DNA of 63,521 nucleotides from a virus (taxonomy: Duplodnaviria > Caudoviricetes): IMG/VR virus record IMGVR_UViG_3300027867_000006, positions 1 to 63,521 of that record. One strand, 5' to 3'. Each line of letters opens with the position of its first letter. Position 1 is the first letter of the stretch. The notes below the pieces were generated by a model, which worked only from the letters and a program-made list of their open reading frames with translations, searched no databases and had not been told where the DNA came from. Made by a program: the position numbers and the translations under genes. Below are positions 27,180 to 37,149 of the stretch, piece by piece.

Positions 27180-27424
27180 TTGCGCTCCTCTTTTTTGCCG
27201 ATGGCCATCAAGGCCGTTTGCGCCGCAGAAGCGACCGCATTAGCGGCCGCAGCGATCGCGTTGGCCGAGGAAAGGGCATTGGCGTTGACCAGATCCTTCA
27301 AAGTGCTGATCTCTTTCCGGTTTTCCCGCGTCTCGCGAATCATGCTCAGATAATGAGCACCGATAAGCGCCGCGATGATCCCGATCAGCGCCAAAATAAT
27401 TGTGATGTAAGATTCAGCACTCAT
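27176..27424 (-). CDS. Small membrane protein (holin/antiholin candidate)
   Basis: N-terminal TM segment, coiled coil. Confidence 0.55.
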   Translation of the reverse strand: MSAESYITIILALIGIIAALIGAHYLSMIRETRENRKEISTLKDLVNANALSSANAIAAAANAVASAAQTALMAIGKKEERK

Positions 27425-27427
27425 AAG

Positions 27428-27709
27428 CTACCCTTTGATGAATTGGGATCTGATCCACATTGTCGCCGCGTAAAGCATCACCCCTCCAATGCCGAGGAGC
27501 ACCGCCCATATCCCCTTCTGGATGAGGCGCACCCGCATATCGCGCCATAGGTCGCGCCATGCCTCCTCGCGCTCTATCTGCGCCTGTATCCATTTGTGGT
27601 GATCGTAGTGCACGGAGTCTGAAACGCTCCGCGCCTGCTGCAACGTCTCGGCCATCCCCTGAATGAGCCTGGCAGCAAGAGCCTCGATCTGTTTTTCGTC
27701 CATGCTCAT
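27428..27709 (-). CDS. Small membrane protein (holin candidate)
   Basis: HYDHHKWI motif; C-terminal TM segment. Confidence 0.55.
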   Translation of the reverse strand: MSMDEKQIEALAARLIQGMAETLQQARSVSDSVHYDHHKWIQAQIEREEAWRDLWRDMRVRLIQKGIWAVLLGIGGVMLYAATMWIRSQFIKG

Positions 27710-27711
27710 CC

Positions 27712-28635
27712 TTAGAGTTTGATCATCACGTTGACAAACGAAGTTGGCTGCATATTGTTGTGTGCTCCGCCGCCACCATTGGCCACAGTCGTTACTCCGG
27801 TGCCGGAGGCATTGATGGTGATCCCGGTGAGTGCCGCATTGGTCGGCAAAGTTCCTTCTGCGACCGCTGCTGCCACTTCTGCGATGCCAGTGACAGCACC
27901 TCCGTCGCTGAAAACCGAAACTTGATGCAAGTGGCCGGGATCATTTACGCCGTGATTGTGGCCCGGATCGTTGATGCCGTGGTTATGTGTCGGCATCTCG
28001 GCGTTAGTCAGTAAGTGGGTCTCTTCACCAACGATCGACCCGAGAGCGCGTACAGTTAGCCCCACACCAGCTCCAGCGATCGCCAGAGCTCGACCGAGCA
28101 TCAACGTCAGATTGATAGTCTTGTTCGCGGCGAAGTCCGCCGCCGCGTTCGCGCCACGTCCTCCAGGCAGAACCGGGCACAGTGCATTCGAGAACGTGTT
28201 GTACAGCAGCGTGAACAGCGGCTGCGTGTCGGCGTTAGCTCGAGCTGTCGCGCCGCTAACGGCGTTGCCGATTGTTCCATCGTTACACAGGACCCAACCG
28301 GCATCTGCCGCGGTCTTCAGCGTTAGTTTTAAGTCCCCCGTCGAAGCCGGTGCAGCGATGGTCTGAATCGTCGAAATGAGTTCGGCGATCAGGTTCGGCA
28401 GATTGCCATCATCCAGTACGTTGATGTTTAACGTCTGAGCGATGACGTTAGCCCAAGCGGCAGTCATCATGCTGGATTGACGCACGACCTTGTTCACCTG
28501 AGCAGATTGCGCCACGCCTGCGATGAAGCCGTTCCCGAGCTCAGCTGGATTCGCTAAGTCAAGAATAAACTGAGCTTGCGTCTCGACGTTCGCGCCGCCG
28601 CCATTTGCGATTGGTTGGTAGTCTACGGTGAGCAT
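27712..28635 (-). CDS. Tail fibre with collar domain
   Basis: GFIAGVAQSAQVNKVVRQ; TGDLKLT...GWVLCN; GEETHLLTNAEMPTHNH; AHNNMQP. Confidence 0.9.
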   Translation of the reverse strand: MLTVDYQPIANGGGANVETQAQFILDLANPAELGNGFIAGVAQSAQVNKVVRQSSMMTAAWANVIAQTLNINVLDDGNLPNLIAELISTIQTIAAPASTGDLKLTLKTAADAGWVLCNDGTIGNAVSGATARANADTQPLFTLLYNTFSNALCPVLPGGRGANAAADFAANKTINLTLMLGRALAIAGAGVGLTVRALGSIVGEETHLLTNAEMPTHNHGINDPGHNHGVNDPGHLHQVSVFSDGGAVTGIAEVAAAVAEGTLPTNAALTGITINASGTGVTTVANGGGGAHNNMQPTSFVNVMIKL

Positions 28636-28647
28636 TTTCGATTCCTC

Positions 28648-29205
28648 TTAAACGAGTTGAACTCCCGCTGGATGAAGCGGGATATATCCTTGTTGCACGA
28701 GCGATAGAAACAACGCGCTAGGAGCGTCGCCAGCCACAATCAAGGAGTACGTCATATTGAAATTATCTTTCATCTGAACCGATCCATTAGGAAAAATTTT
28801 AGCTAGCCCTTCATTCGCCATACCTAATGAACCATCCCAGGTGTTAGCTAGGATTTTAGCACGAATCATGATCCGGTAGGTACCATCATCCATCGTGACG
28901 ATACCCTCGGGGGGGTTTTGTGAATCAAACCAAATTCCCTGATCGAATCCCAGCCCCACCGTGTCGAACGAAAAGTACTTCCCTGGAATCGGGACGAGGA
29001 GAGATCGAGAGATTCCAACCCATTGACCCACGAAGTCAAGTTGTTGTCCTGAAGCTTGATCCAGATCAAAAAGCGACGGGAGAGACAATGCCAAGTTGAC
29101 CCCGTCAACGATGGGCGACAGCGCAGCCGTCAATACCGCCAAGAAGTTTGGCTGATTGGCGTGTTCTGGCGGAATCAGTGCCAGATAATCAGAAACGGCT
29201 TTCAT
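28648..29205 (-). CDS. Baseplate wedge protein (DUF2612)
   Basis: FDLDQASGQQLDFVGQWVG...YRIMIRAKI. Confidence 0.85.
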   Translation of the reverse strand: MKAVSDYLALIPPEHANQPNFLAVLTAALSPIVDGVNLALSLPSLFDLDQASGQQLDFVGQWVGISRSLLVPIPGKYFSFDTVGLGFDQGIWFDSQNPPEGIVTMDDGTYRIMIRAKILANTWDGSLGMANEGLAKIFPNGSVQMKDNFNMTYSLIVAGDAPSALFLSLVQQGYIPLHPAGVQLV

Positions 29206-30368
29206 GTGATATCGATGGTGATGTCACTCGCTTGGCATTTTCCAACTTGATTGAAAGCCACCGGAACGTCTACCGTTCCTCCATTGATTGTCAAAGCCGT
29301 GATCTCATAGGTGGCGTTGTCTACTCCACCATTGAGATACGCCGGCGGGATCAATCTCAGGTACTCGATCGACTTCCCAATCGGAAGCGAATTGATGTAA
29401 GCCGCAATAGAATTCTGGATCTCTACTCCCACGTTGCTGTTATATCCAGCCTTCTGATTCCCCGTGACCACGATCGCCTTCTCGACATAGCCCAAGATGA
29501 AGAAGTTGATGGTATAAGCGATCCCAGTAATGGGATCGATGTAATTTTCCGAGGTGGTTCCATACGTCGCGGCACCTGGGGTCTTCTTCTGACCGATCGT
29601 CTGGGCGATCTCCATGACGTCTCCGCCCTCGACCACTACATAAATCGAGTGAGCTGGAGCCCCGTTTCCATCCGCTGCGTTAGTGTCGTTCTCGTAGCAC
29701 TGAACCCGAGTGACGCCTGGGAGCTGAGCAAGTTGAGCAGCGACTCCGGCTAGGGGAGACTGCGACGGGAGCGACGCCGCTGTAGCCTGCCTTCGCCGGA
29801 GCGCCGCATCCGTTTCGACGGGTGACCCCGGCACCGCGTCTGAAGTCGATAGGAAGGATTGCCACCCGAGCGTGGGAGAATTGATCTTGTTGATCGTCCC
29901 CGCGGGTGCTGCGATCGCACCAGGCTGCTGAGCCGTGACGGTAACTGCAATCACCCCCGACATAGGAATCGCAATCGGCCCAGGCAGATTCCACAGGTTT
30001 CCATTGTCATCTTCAACTACGCCGAAGGGGATCTGAGTCCCCGAAACTCCAACGATGTTACCCACCGCACTCGAAAACGAAGCTGTTTGGCGGGTGATGC
30101 CATTGATCTTCACTACGGAAGACAACCCCGCTCCTTGCGCGAACCCCGGCGAGTAGGCTTGATAACTCGCGATGAGAGCATCATTCATGTCGTGAACGAC
30201 ATCCGACAAGATAGCAATCCACGCTCCATCCTGGGAGTCGGGCGCGATATACGCATCAGCCCCATAGATGGATTGAAACTGCTGCTGGAACCACGCCAAA
30301 ATCGTGACGAAGCTCGGGGCAGTAATCCCCGTGGGAGAAATCTGCGCTACGATAGGAGTAAGCGACAT
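29202..30368 (-). CDS. Baseplate J-like protein
   Basis: ETDAALRRR; YENDT; HSIYVVVEGG. Confidence 0.9.
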   Translation of the reverse strand: MSLTPIVAQISPTGITAPSFVTILAWFQQQFQSIYGADAYIAPDSQDGAWIAILSDVVHDMNDALIASYQAYSPGFAQGAGLSSVVKINGITRQTASFSSAVGNIVGVSGTQIPFGVVEDDNGNLWNLPGPIAIPMSGVIAVTVTAQQPGAIAAPAGTINKINSPTLGWQSFLSTSDAVPGSPVETDAALRRRQATAASLPSQSPLAGVAAQLAQLPGVTRVQCYENDTNAADGNGAPAHSIYVVVEGGDVMEIAQTIGQKKTPGAATYGTTSENYIDPITGIAYTINFFILGYVEKAIVVTGNQKAGYNSNVGVEIQNSIAAYINSLPIGKSIEYLRLIPPAYLNGGVDNATYEITALTINGGTVDVPVAFNQVGKCQASDITIDIT

Positions 30369-30369
30369 G

Positions 30370-30996
30370 TCAGACCCCTCCCCGTTCGCATTGAAACACG
30401 TAGATGTCCGAGTTCGAAGGCGCGGTGCCGTTAGTAGTAATGGTCAGCGTGCTCAGCGTGGGTGATGCGACCATCGGAAGTTTGCCGATGACCATTCCAG
30501 CCTTCGCCATCTGTGCAAGACAGGCAGGCATCGCCGACCAAGCTTGATTGAAAGTGATAACGAACCCAGAAGTGGGAGTACCAGTAGCTCCCATCGTAAG
30601 CGTCATCACTGAGTCGGTTCCCACAATCGTTGGAGTTGCTCCACAACCTGAGGTGCAAGTCGGCGCAGTTGGTTGCGAAGTTCCAATGTGAAGCGCCCCT
30701 GTTGGAGTAGACTTCAGTAGGACCTCATTCAATGCCGCTTGGAACGCCAAAGAAGCCACCGTATTGGCCGTGGCTGTGCTGAATACTCCCGTCGTGGCAT
30801 TCAGAATCGTGAAGGTCCCTGCCGCGGGGATGGTTCCGCCAATGGGGGTGCCGTTAATCGATCCACTTGTGATGGCGGGTGAGGCCAAAGCCGCATTAAG
30901 TGCCGCGGCGTTTAGCACCTGTCCTGGAACGAACTGAGCCGACGCTGGCAGACAAGCTAGCGCCATGATGAGGAAAATGATAAGGGGTCTTCTCAT
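30370..30996 (-). CDS. Signal-peptide-bearing fibre/decoration-like protein inserted in the baseplate operon
   Basis: MRRPLIIFLIMALACLPASA|QFVPGQVL; ITSGSINGTPIGG; 4 Cys in the mature chain. Confidence 0.7.
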   Translation of the reverse strand: MRRPLIIFLIMALACLPASAQFVPGQVLNAAALNAALASPAITSGSINGTPIGGTIPAAGTFTILNATTGVFSTATANTVASLAFQAALNEVLLKSTPTGALHIGTSQPTAPTCTSGCGATPTIVGTDSVMTLTMGATGTPTSGFVITFNQAWSAMPACLAQMAKAGMVIGKLPMVASPTLSTLTITTNGTAPSNSDIYVFQCERGGV

Positions 30997-31406
30997 GTGA
31001 GTACTCCAACGTCCAATTGAGATTGATTGAGAATGAACCCCGTCGGGGTATTCTCCTGACCAGATCCACTAATCGATGCGACACCGAAATCCGTTTGGAC
31101 CAAGCAGTTGATCGTCAACTTCCGTTTCGAGTCCAGGTTGCTCGAGTAAGAGAGAATCGATTGGACATTTGGTGTCCCTAAGATCCGCGCCTGAATCGCT
31201 GCATCGTAAAGGCCTTGAGTACCTGTACCGAGTACCTGTGTAGCCCAAGGAGTCCCTTCAGTGACATCGAGGAACCATTCACCCTGAGACAATAGCAGTC
31301 GAGTAGCAATCGCTTGAGCTACAGCCTGGGGAGAATCCACTAGGAATTCTCCCATGCCGGAACCAAAGACGTAGTCACCCGTTGGTGAGAGTGTGCGGTA
31401 TCTCAT
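30993..31406 (-). CDS. Baseplate wedge/sheath initiator (gp25/GP46-like)
   Basis: GDYVFG...AVAQAIATRL...GEWFLD..EGTPW. Confidence 0.85.
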   Translation of the reverse strand: MRYRTLSPTGDYVFGSGMGEFLVDSPQAVAQAIATRLLLSQGEWFLDVTEGTPWATQVLGTGTQGLYDAAIQARILGTPNVQSILSYSSNLDSKRKLTINCLVQTDFGVASISGSGQENTPTGFILNQSQLDVGVLT

Positions 31407-32143
31407 GATCCTGCATTCGGTGGGCCAGTGTTGCCGCCTTGCGGATCAGGGTGGGTGTGGGTCTGCAATCCAACTGAATCGGCACCGCCAAATCCGCCCT
31501 TGATGCTTCCATCTACCTCCAGAGTCCCGGTTACAACTCCATTGCCATTGAGTTGTAGATTGCCGTTGACAGTGGCATTACCGTTGACAGTAGCAGTGGG
31601 ACATGTGATGTTCACACCCCCGGGCGCGACGATGTTGACGATGTGACCGCCTGCAAGTTCGATGTAGCAATCCCCATCATCGCTACGCAGCTGAGCGCTC
31701 GTGGTAGATACTCCACCGGATACTACTCGAGGCTGAGACCGAGGACCGATGATGGCAAAACCATCTGACAGGTCGTGCATCCGTAGTTCGGGTGGGACAA
31801 CAGAGCGAGTCGCTGCGCCCGATTGCCACCAGCTGTCAATGCATCTCGAAGCGAGTACCACGAGCGCTTCGTCGCCCGGTTGAACCGGAAACGTCAGCGA
31901 GAACCCCCCGCCGTTCTGGAAAACCACGGGAACATCCTCAAGTTGATTTATCGTGACCCAACTGTAATTCCCGAGAGTGTCCTGAACTCGAGCTTGGACC
32001 GCGGGTCGGATGATACAAGTTTCGGCATCGGGATCGAATGAGATGACGATCCCGGGGAGCGCAGTCCACAAGCTCGGCTGCCAGCCCTCCAATACGGCTC
32101 GCATCGCCACACTGAGGTTATTGAATCGTTCTCTCGGGTCCAT
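31403..32143 (-). CDS. Gp138-like baseplate spike
   Basis: DVPVVF; FPVQPGDE; RMHDLSDG; C-terminal THTH. Confidence 0.9.
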   Translation of the reverse strand: MDPRERFNNLSVAMRAVLEGWQPSLWTALPGIVISFDPDAETCIIRPAVQARVQDTLGNYSWVTINQLEDVPVVFQNGGGFSLTFPVQPGDEALVVLASRCIDSWWQSGAATRSVVPPELRMHDLSDGFAIIGPRSQPRVVSGGVSTTSAQLRSDDGDCYIELAGGHIVNIVAPGGVNITCPTATVNGNATVNGNLQLNGNGVVTGTLEVDGSIKGGFGGADSVGLQTHTHPDPQGGNTGPPNAGS

Positions 32144-33097
32144 CTAAGGAAGAATCCCCATAGGAGCTACCTTGCCATTGTTCACGGCCAAGCAGATCAG
32201 GTCCGAGTACCATTCGACGCCACGAGTGTCACCGCTGTGTTCGATCACATACACTCGATAGAGGCCGTCAGCTGAGAGCGAAGCCAAATGTTGAATCGCC
32301 GCTACTGAATTAAAGACTCGAGGATCATTCGGGTTGGCTTGGATGATTTGATTCAGCTCCGCATTATTGATCTTGATCAACCCCCCGACTACAATCTTCG
32401 GATTGACCAAGCACCGAATGCTCACTCCCTGCTCAGTCAGTTCCGGGACTCCAATCATCCCTGACCCCGTATTGATTTCTACCACAGCCCCGGGCTTGTA
32501 ACTGTCCGTAGAGATCATCTGAAGCTGGCCATTCTGGATCGACCAAGTGCATTGATTTGTCACGGCCGCGTCTCGAATATAATCTCGAGCCATACCGAAG
32601 AGAACTTTCCCCCGCAACGACTCAGTGCCGTTCAAAATCGTCGGAAGAGTGTCTATCGGCAGCGGTTCGCTGCTGACCCGAGCTATCCGTCGCACGATCG
32701 TATCTTGTGTTGCTCCTTTCGGGACGGTGTCGTTGACCACTCCAAATCCGTATGGAAGGTCACCGTCAGCCGCTAAGATGTCTAGATAGCTGTCTAAAGC
32801 GTTCTCGCGACCGACTCGGAACTGTCGGATTGTTCCGTCGAACAATTGGCCTAATGTGGAGTTTTGATACCCCGCGGCCAACTTCACTCTTGTGTATTCT
32901 TCTCGAACCTTCTTCACTGTGGCGGGTGAGAGGTTGTACACTCGAATCTCGCAAGTGTTAGGAGATTCTTCATCGAACTGTTGTGTCCGGAATCGAAACT
33001 TCAGGGATGATAGATCCAGAATATCCGTCTCAACCGTCCCCCCAACAACCACCAGCGACCAACTCCGGAGCCATTGCTGTTTCTGAATCGCACTCAT
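32144..33097 (-). CDS. Baseplate hub protein
   Basis: PNTCEIRVYNL; LAAGY; WSIQNG; GMIGVPE; GDTRG..WY. Confidence 0.85.
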   Translation of the reverse strand: MSAIQKQQWLRSWSLVVVGGTVETDILDLSSLKFRFRTQQFDEESPNTCEIRVYNLSPATVKKVREEYTRVKLAAGYQNSTLGQLFDGTIRQFRVGRENALDSYLDILAADGDLPYGFGVVNDTVPKGATQDTIVRRIARVSSEPLPIDTLPTILNGTESLRGKVLFGMARDYIRDAAVTNQCTWSIQNGQLQMISTDSYKPGAVVEINTGSGMIGVPELTEQGVSIRCLVNPKIVVGGLIKINNAELNQIIQANPNDPRVFNSVAAIQHLASLSADGLYRVYVIEHSGDTRGVEWYSDLICLAVNNGKVAPMGILP

Positions 33098-33357
33098 GTC
33101 GTCGGCGTCGAGAAGAAGTATAGGTGTCCTGAGGCCCCGAGGTTCGTGAAAGTGGGGGGGGTATCCGGCGAGTTATCGGTCTGGACGATCAACTCCCCGC
33201 CAAGGCCCAGGTATCCATACTGCCCGAGGAGATCCGCGCCACAGACTAACGGGATCCCCTGAACCAGGGGATTCCCGGAACTGTCACTGATGTCGATCAC
33301 CCAGCAGCTAGCGGCTTGATTCCAAGCCACGGAATAGTTGATATTGACTGCGGCCAT
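33094..33357 (-). CDS. Baseplate plug-like protein
   Basis: GIPLVCGADLLGQYGYLG. Confidence 0.8.
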   Translation of the reverse strand: MAAVNINYSVAWNQAASCWVIDISDSSGNPLVQGIPLVCGADLLGQYGYLGLGGELIVQTDNSPDTPPTFTNLGASGHLYFFSTPTT

Positions 33358-34508
33358 CAGTTGACTCCCACCTTGCTCAACTGGGCGATCGCATTCGAAA
33401 TTTGTTCTTGTACCATAGCAATCGTAGGAGCAAGGTCTGTCAAATTGGTGGGTAGAGTACTCGCTACGGCCGGTAGCTGTTTAGCCGCGCCTTCCAGTCC
33501 CGCTTGAGCTTCAGTCAATGCGGCGGGCAGGCTATTTAACTGAGCCATGAAATCCGACCCTAGACTTGTCGTTCCCAACGGGATCGAAAGCGTCTGAGGA
33601 TTCGCTATTAGGGGTATCTCGTTCGCTCCTGGAATCAAAGCGATCACAGGACTTAGGGAACTGACTGCAGTATTAAGGACGCCTGGCAACTGAGACAGTG
33701 GACCATTTACGCTGTTGAGATAGGTCAATGACTGATTTGTCATTGACGTCAACTGAGAGAATCCTCCCTGGACGGCTGTCAGTGCACCCGTAACCGTACC
33801 GGTGTCAGGAGTCGCGGTAGGCGCGGGTTGTAGTGATTGATTCCCCCGATCCTGCGGGCCGGCTGTTGCAGATGGATTGGCTTGCGTCGCGGCCGACAGT
33901 GGAACCACTTGAGTAGTCACTAGAATGACTTCCCGACAGGTGGCAGTGACCACCAATGAATTTTCGCTGTGCTCCGACGTATCGACGCGCAGAGATTGGA
34001 ATAGCATGTTCTGGTACTGTCGCTTCCCCGTTAAAATCGTGAAAGGAATAAGCGAAGCCTGCAGTGCCCTCAGCTGCTGATAGATACTCTTGACCTGACT
34101 GGGGGCGCTATTCCCCGTGAGCAGCGAGGAAGCGGCTGCGATCGTTGGTTGTGCTGCAGCTACCAGCGCAATAGGGTTGCCGAAGATTGACGCGACGATC
34201 CCAAGCGCTTGACTAACAATCCCCGAAGGGGGAGATGGGCTGTTCGACCAGGCGCAGCGGATAATGACCCGAGCGGGTCTGCGATACGCATGGTCAGAGA
34301 TGACCGCCCCCACTTCAATCGGATGATCGGTGATTTCGTATTCATCCTCATGTATCTCTTCGACTGTAGCCTGAGCTACGATCTTCAAGGCCGGTAGGGG
34401 ATTTCCGCTCGCGTCTGAGGGGATGAATCCTCGGGGATTCGGCTGGAATGTCACGGCTCCCGCGCCTAGCGCGAGTCCGGGTAGAACGAATCCGAGAGCT
34501 GATGCCAT
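33357..34508 (-). CDS. Dit-like baseplate/tail tube initiator with C-terminal extension
   Basis: EEIHEDEYEITDHPIEVGAVISDHAY; TGKRQYQNM. Confidence 0.85.
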   Translation of the reverse strand: MASALGFVLPGLALGAGAVTFQPNPRGFIPSDASGNPLPALKIVAQATVEEIHEDEYEITDHPIEVGAVISDHAYRRPARVIIRCAWSNSPSPPSGIVSQALGIVASIFGNPIALVAAAQPTIAAASSLLTGNSAPSQVKSIYQQLRALQASLIPFTILTGKRQYQNMLFQSLRVDTSEHSENSLVVTATCREVILVTTQVVPLSAATQANPSATAGPQDRGNQSLQPAPTATPDTGTVTGALTAVQGGFSQLTSMTNQSLTYLNSVNGPLSQLPGVLNTAVSSLSPVIALIPGANEIPLIANPQTLSIPLGTTSLGSDFMAQLNSLPAALTEAQAGLEGAAKQLPAVASTLPTNLTDLAPTIAMVQEQISNAIAQLSKVGVN

Positions 34509-36026
34509 CTACCCTACCTTGGACGCAAAATCCCTAACTAGCGATTGGTTCACGTCCCTCTGACCGTCACGGACCAGCTGAGCTACTTCTCGGGGAGAAC
34601 CGGTACCAGCCACTTGAATCGTAGTACTTTGATTCAATATGACCCCAGCGTCCGAACGCGGCCCCGGATCAGCGTCGAAACTGATCGTACCACCATGAGG
34701 TCTAACCGCGTGATACATCTTGACGATTTCTCGGTCTCGATCAGCTTTCGTCTCCTTTGATTCATAACCGACATTCGGGTCCCAAGAACTCCGAATCAAT
34801 GCGCGCAGAGTTTCTTCTGCCGAAGCGCCGAAATGGACACCGACCCCCGCAGCTGAGGCCGTGGGGTCTCTCGGTCGAATAGGCTGCGTAAGAGTATGAG
34901 TACCCTGAGTCCCTTCGCCCCTTTCGGGAAATGGATCAGCTGAAGTTCCTTTCACTACAGAGTATTTGATTCCCGCCAGCGCTAGGACTCCGGTCAATCC
35001 AACTGCTGCAAGGAGAGCCGAGAACCCCGCCACCGCAGGTATCGCCATGAACGAAGCGATTGCAATTCCCAAGTTGGCGATCGCCAAGATCAACGGTCCA
35101 GCCAGGACCGCAGCGAAAGCCAACCCCGCGTTCTCCCAACCCCCGATGAACCGAATGAACCGATCGATGCTCTTAAGACCGTCGTCCAGCGCTTTGAAGA
35201 CCTTGTCGAAGTCGATCTTTTGGATCCATCCCACCAGCCCCTTGAGAAACTCATCAAGCCTGGATTTCAACAAGTCTCGATTTAATCCAATCCATCGAGT
35301 AAATCTCTCGATGACCGGACTCAGCCATCCCACAAATTCTCGAAGAGAAGGGAGAAGTGCAATTGCCAAAGCTTGACCCAATATGGATACCTGAGCCCAA
35401 ATACCGCGCAGGGCGTTCAAGTATTCCACCGACGCCTCGGAAGCTTTGTTAGTATCGACGCCCGCTCGCTGCTGCATCTGATGGAATTTCTCCTCCAGTG
35501 CTAGCAGCTTCGGTCCTTGCTGGCTGAACATGAAGAAGGTCTTCTCGTCCATTCCGAACATCGCGGCGATCCGTGCGCCGATGAAATGCGGGTAGCGGGC
35601 GTTCAAGGACTGAACCATCTCGACCATCGCTTGGGCGGTGTCCTGACCGCGAGTGTCGTGGCCTACGATGTTGTTCATGAGACCGCGCAACCCCGGATTC
35701 ATTCGAACCGCAGCGGCCATTGCTTCTAATGACTCTCGAGCGTCTTCGGCTTGAAGGCCGATCTGACGCGCTCCGAACTCAAGAGCTTGAATGTTCTCTA
35801 CCGCTGCGCCAGTTCGCTTCGAGGAGTAGTACAGCTTCTCCATGTTCTCGGCGAAAAGCTGAACATAGGCCTCGACCGCAGCAGCGGCGCCCGTGATGGC
35901 GGCGCTTGTGCCTAACGCGACCTTTGTGACTCGAGTAGTAGCCCCGACGAAGTTCTTGATCCCCGTCTGGTCGATCTTGAATCCCAGACTGACCAGAAAC
36001 TCCTTCAGGACGGTGGGATTAGCCAC
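34509..36026 (-). CDS. Tape measure protein
   Basis: LKEFLVSLGFKID N-terminus; helical; follows the tail chaperones. Confidence 0.8.
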   Translation of the reverse strand: MANPTVLKEFLVSLGFKIDQTGIKNFVGATTRVTKVALGTSAAITGAAAAVEAYVQLFAENMEKLYYSSKRTGAAVENIQALEFGARQIGLQAEDARESLEAMAAAVRMNPGLRGLMNNIVGHDTRGQDTAQAMVEMVQSLNARYPHFIGARIAAMFGMDEKTFFMFSQQGPKLLALEEKFHQMQQRAGVDTNKASEASVEYLNALRGIWAQVSILGQALAIALLPSLREFVGWLSPVIERFTRWIGLNRDLLKSRLDEFLKGLVGWIQKIDFDKVFKALDDGLKSIDRFIRFIGGWENAGLAFAAVLAGPLILAIANLGIAIASFMAIPAVAGFSALLAAVGLTGVLALAGIKYSVVKGTSADPFPERGEGTQGTHTLTQPIRPRDPTASAAGVGVHFGASAEETLRALIRSSWDPNVGYESKETKADRDREIVKMYHAVRPHGGTISFDADPGPRSDAGVILNQSTTIQVAGTGSPREVAQLVRDGQRDVNQSLVRDFASKVG

Positions 36027-36225
36027 GGGCTTTCGCTCTCCTCATCGCGTCTGCTTCGATCCGAGACCGGTTCTCGTTGTCCACCCGCATCTTTTCCTTC
36101 ATGCGCCAGATGTCGAACAAATCGAGCGTTCCATTGATGAGACTCTCGTAGTGACACATGACGCCGACGGGCTCCATGACCCAGTCCTCTTTGGTTCCCA
36201 TCTGAACCATCTCGACCCCCACCAC
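36019..36225 (-). CDS. Tail assembly chaperone, frameshift extension
   Basis: EDWVMEPV...YESLINGTLDLFDI; in the -1 frame of the upstream chaperone. Confidence 0.75.
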   Translation of the reverse strand: MVGVEMVQMGTKEDWVMEPVGVMCHYESLINGTLDLFDIWRMKEKMRVDNENRSRIEADAMRRAKARG

Positions 36226-36233
36226 ATCATGCG

Positions 36234-36641
36234 TTAGTTCTGCGCTGGGGGGACGGGAAAAAAATTGCCCAGGTTCTCCTTGATAGTTTCGAAAACGAGC
36301 CGCATCATCGTCGGGAGCTTGATGTCATCGAACTGCAGATTGACAGCCCCTTGGACTTTCACGGGTGCCCAGACTCCACCTTCGGCCTGGCGTTTGCAGA
36401 CGAGCAAGCAAGTGTTCAAAACGTATTCGGAATCAGCGTCGCTCAGCTTCGACACAGCCTCAGCGACTGGCCCCATCGCGGCGAGAGCCGAGATGTCGTC
36501 CTGGAGGTTCTTGGGATTCGATCCCACCTCCCCGAGCGCGAAGAGCGCAGGGGCGAGGCGTCGGACGACATGAAACTGCTTGAAGGCGTTTAACCGGCCA
36601 ACGCGGTAGAGGTTCCCCTCGATTTCGATTTCAGCATCCAC
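36234..36641 (-). CDS. Tail assembly chaperone
   Basis: YRVGRLNAFKQFHVVRRLAP...ENLGNFF. Confidence 0.85.
   Translation of the reverse strand: MDAEIEIEGNLYRVGRLNAFKQFHVVRRLAPALFALGEVGSNPKNLQDDISALAAMGPVAEAVSKLSDADSEYVLNTCLLVCKRQAEGGVWAPVKVQGAVNLQFDDIKLPTMMRLVFETIKENLGNFFPVPPAQN
36255..36266 (-). promoter_or_regulatory. -1 programmed frameshift slippery site (AAT TTT TTT CCC)
   Basis: Run of seven T; the -1 frame is open into ORF 36019-36225. Confidence 0.7.
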
Positions 36642-36681
36642 AGGCTCGCTCCTTCGTTCACGTTAGAAACCCTCTCAGCCC

Positions 36682-37134
36682 CTAGACGCCTGCGCCAAGC
36701 GCCGGGTCCATGATCCCGATATTGAACTCCCATTCGACGAGTCCCCCCTCTCGGGCGTAGTGAAGCTCAGGCACTTTGGAGAATCCCACTTGTTGGCAGG
36801 TGATGACGTCTCCAGAGACCGTGTTCGTGAGTGTCAGGGTATTCTGACCGTAGACCGAGGCGCTGACGCGCTGAGTGGCCTGTGCGGCCATCAACTGAGC
36901 ATTCACGGGGCTGGTCTTCAGCAGACGGACTGTGCATTTCCCAGCTTTATTAGCGCTGAGGTTGTGCATCACTTCGCCCCCAGCTCCCACCGTCATGGTG
37001 CCGATTTCGGAGATGGGAGCAAAGCTGATTCCTTCTTCGGCCGCGCCTGCGTCCGATCCGAGGGAGAACGACACACCCGGCCCAACCAGGGCGCAATTGA
37101 CGTCCTTGAAACTGTAAGTGTTCGGGGTGGGCAT
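36682..37134 (-). CDS. Tail tube protein (DUF3277)
   Basis: TYSFKDV...AEEGI...LLKTSPVN. Confidence 0.9.
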   Translation of the reverse strand: MPTPNTYSFKDVNCALVGPGVSFSLGSDAGAAEEGISFAPISEIGTMTVGAGGEVMHNLSANKAGKCTVRLLKTSPVNAQLMAAQATQRVSASVYGQNTLTLTNTVSGDVITCQQVGFSKVPELHYAREGGLVEWEFNIGIMDPALGAGV

Positions 37135-37149
37135 AGTCTAGCTCCTTTT

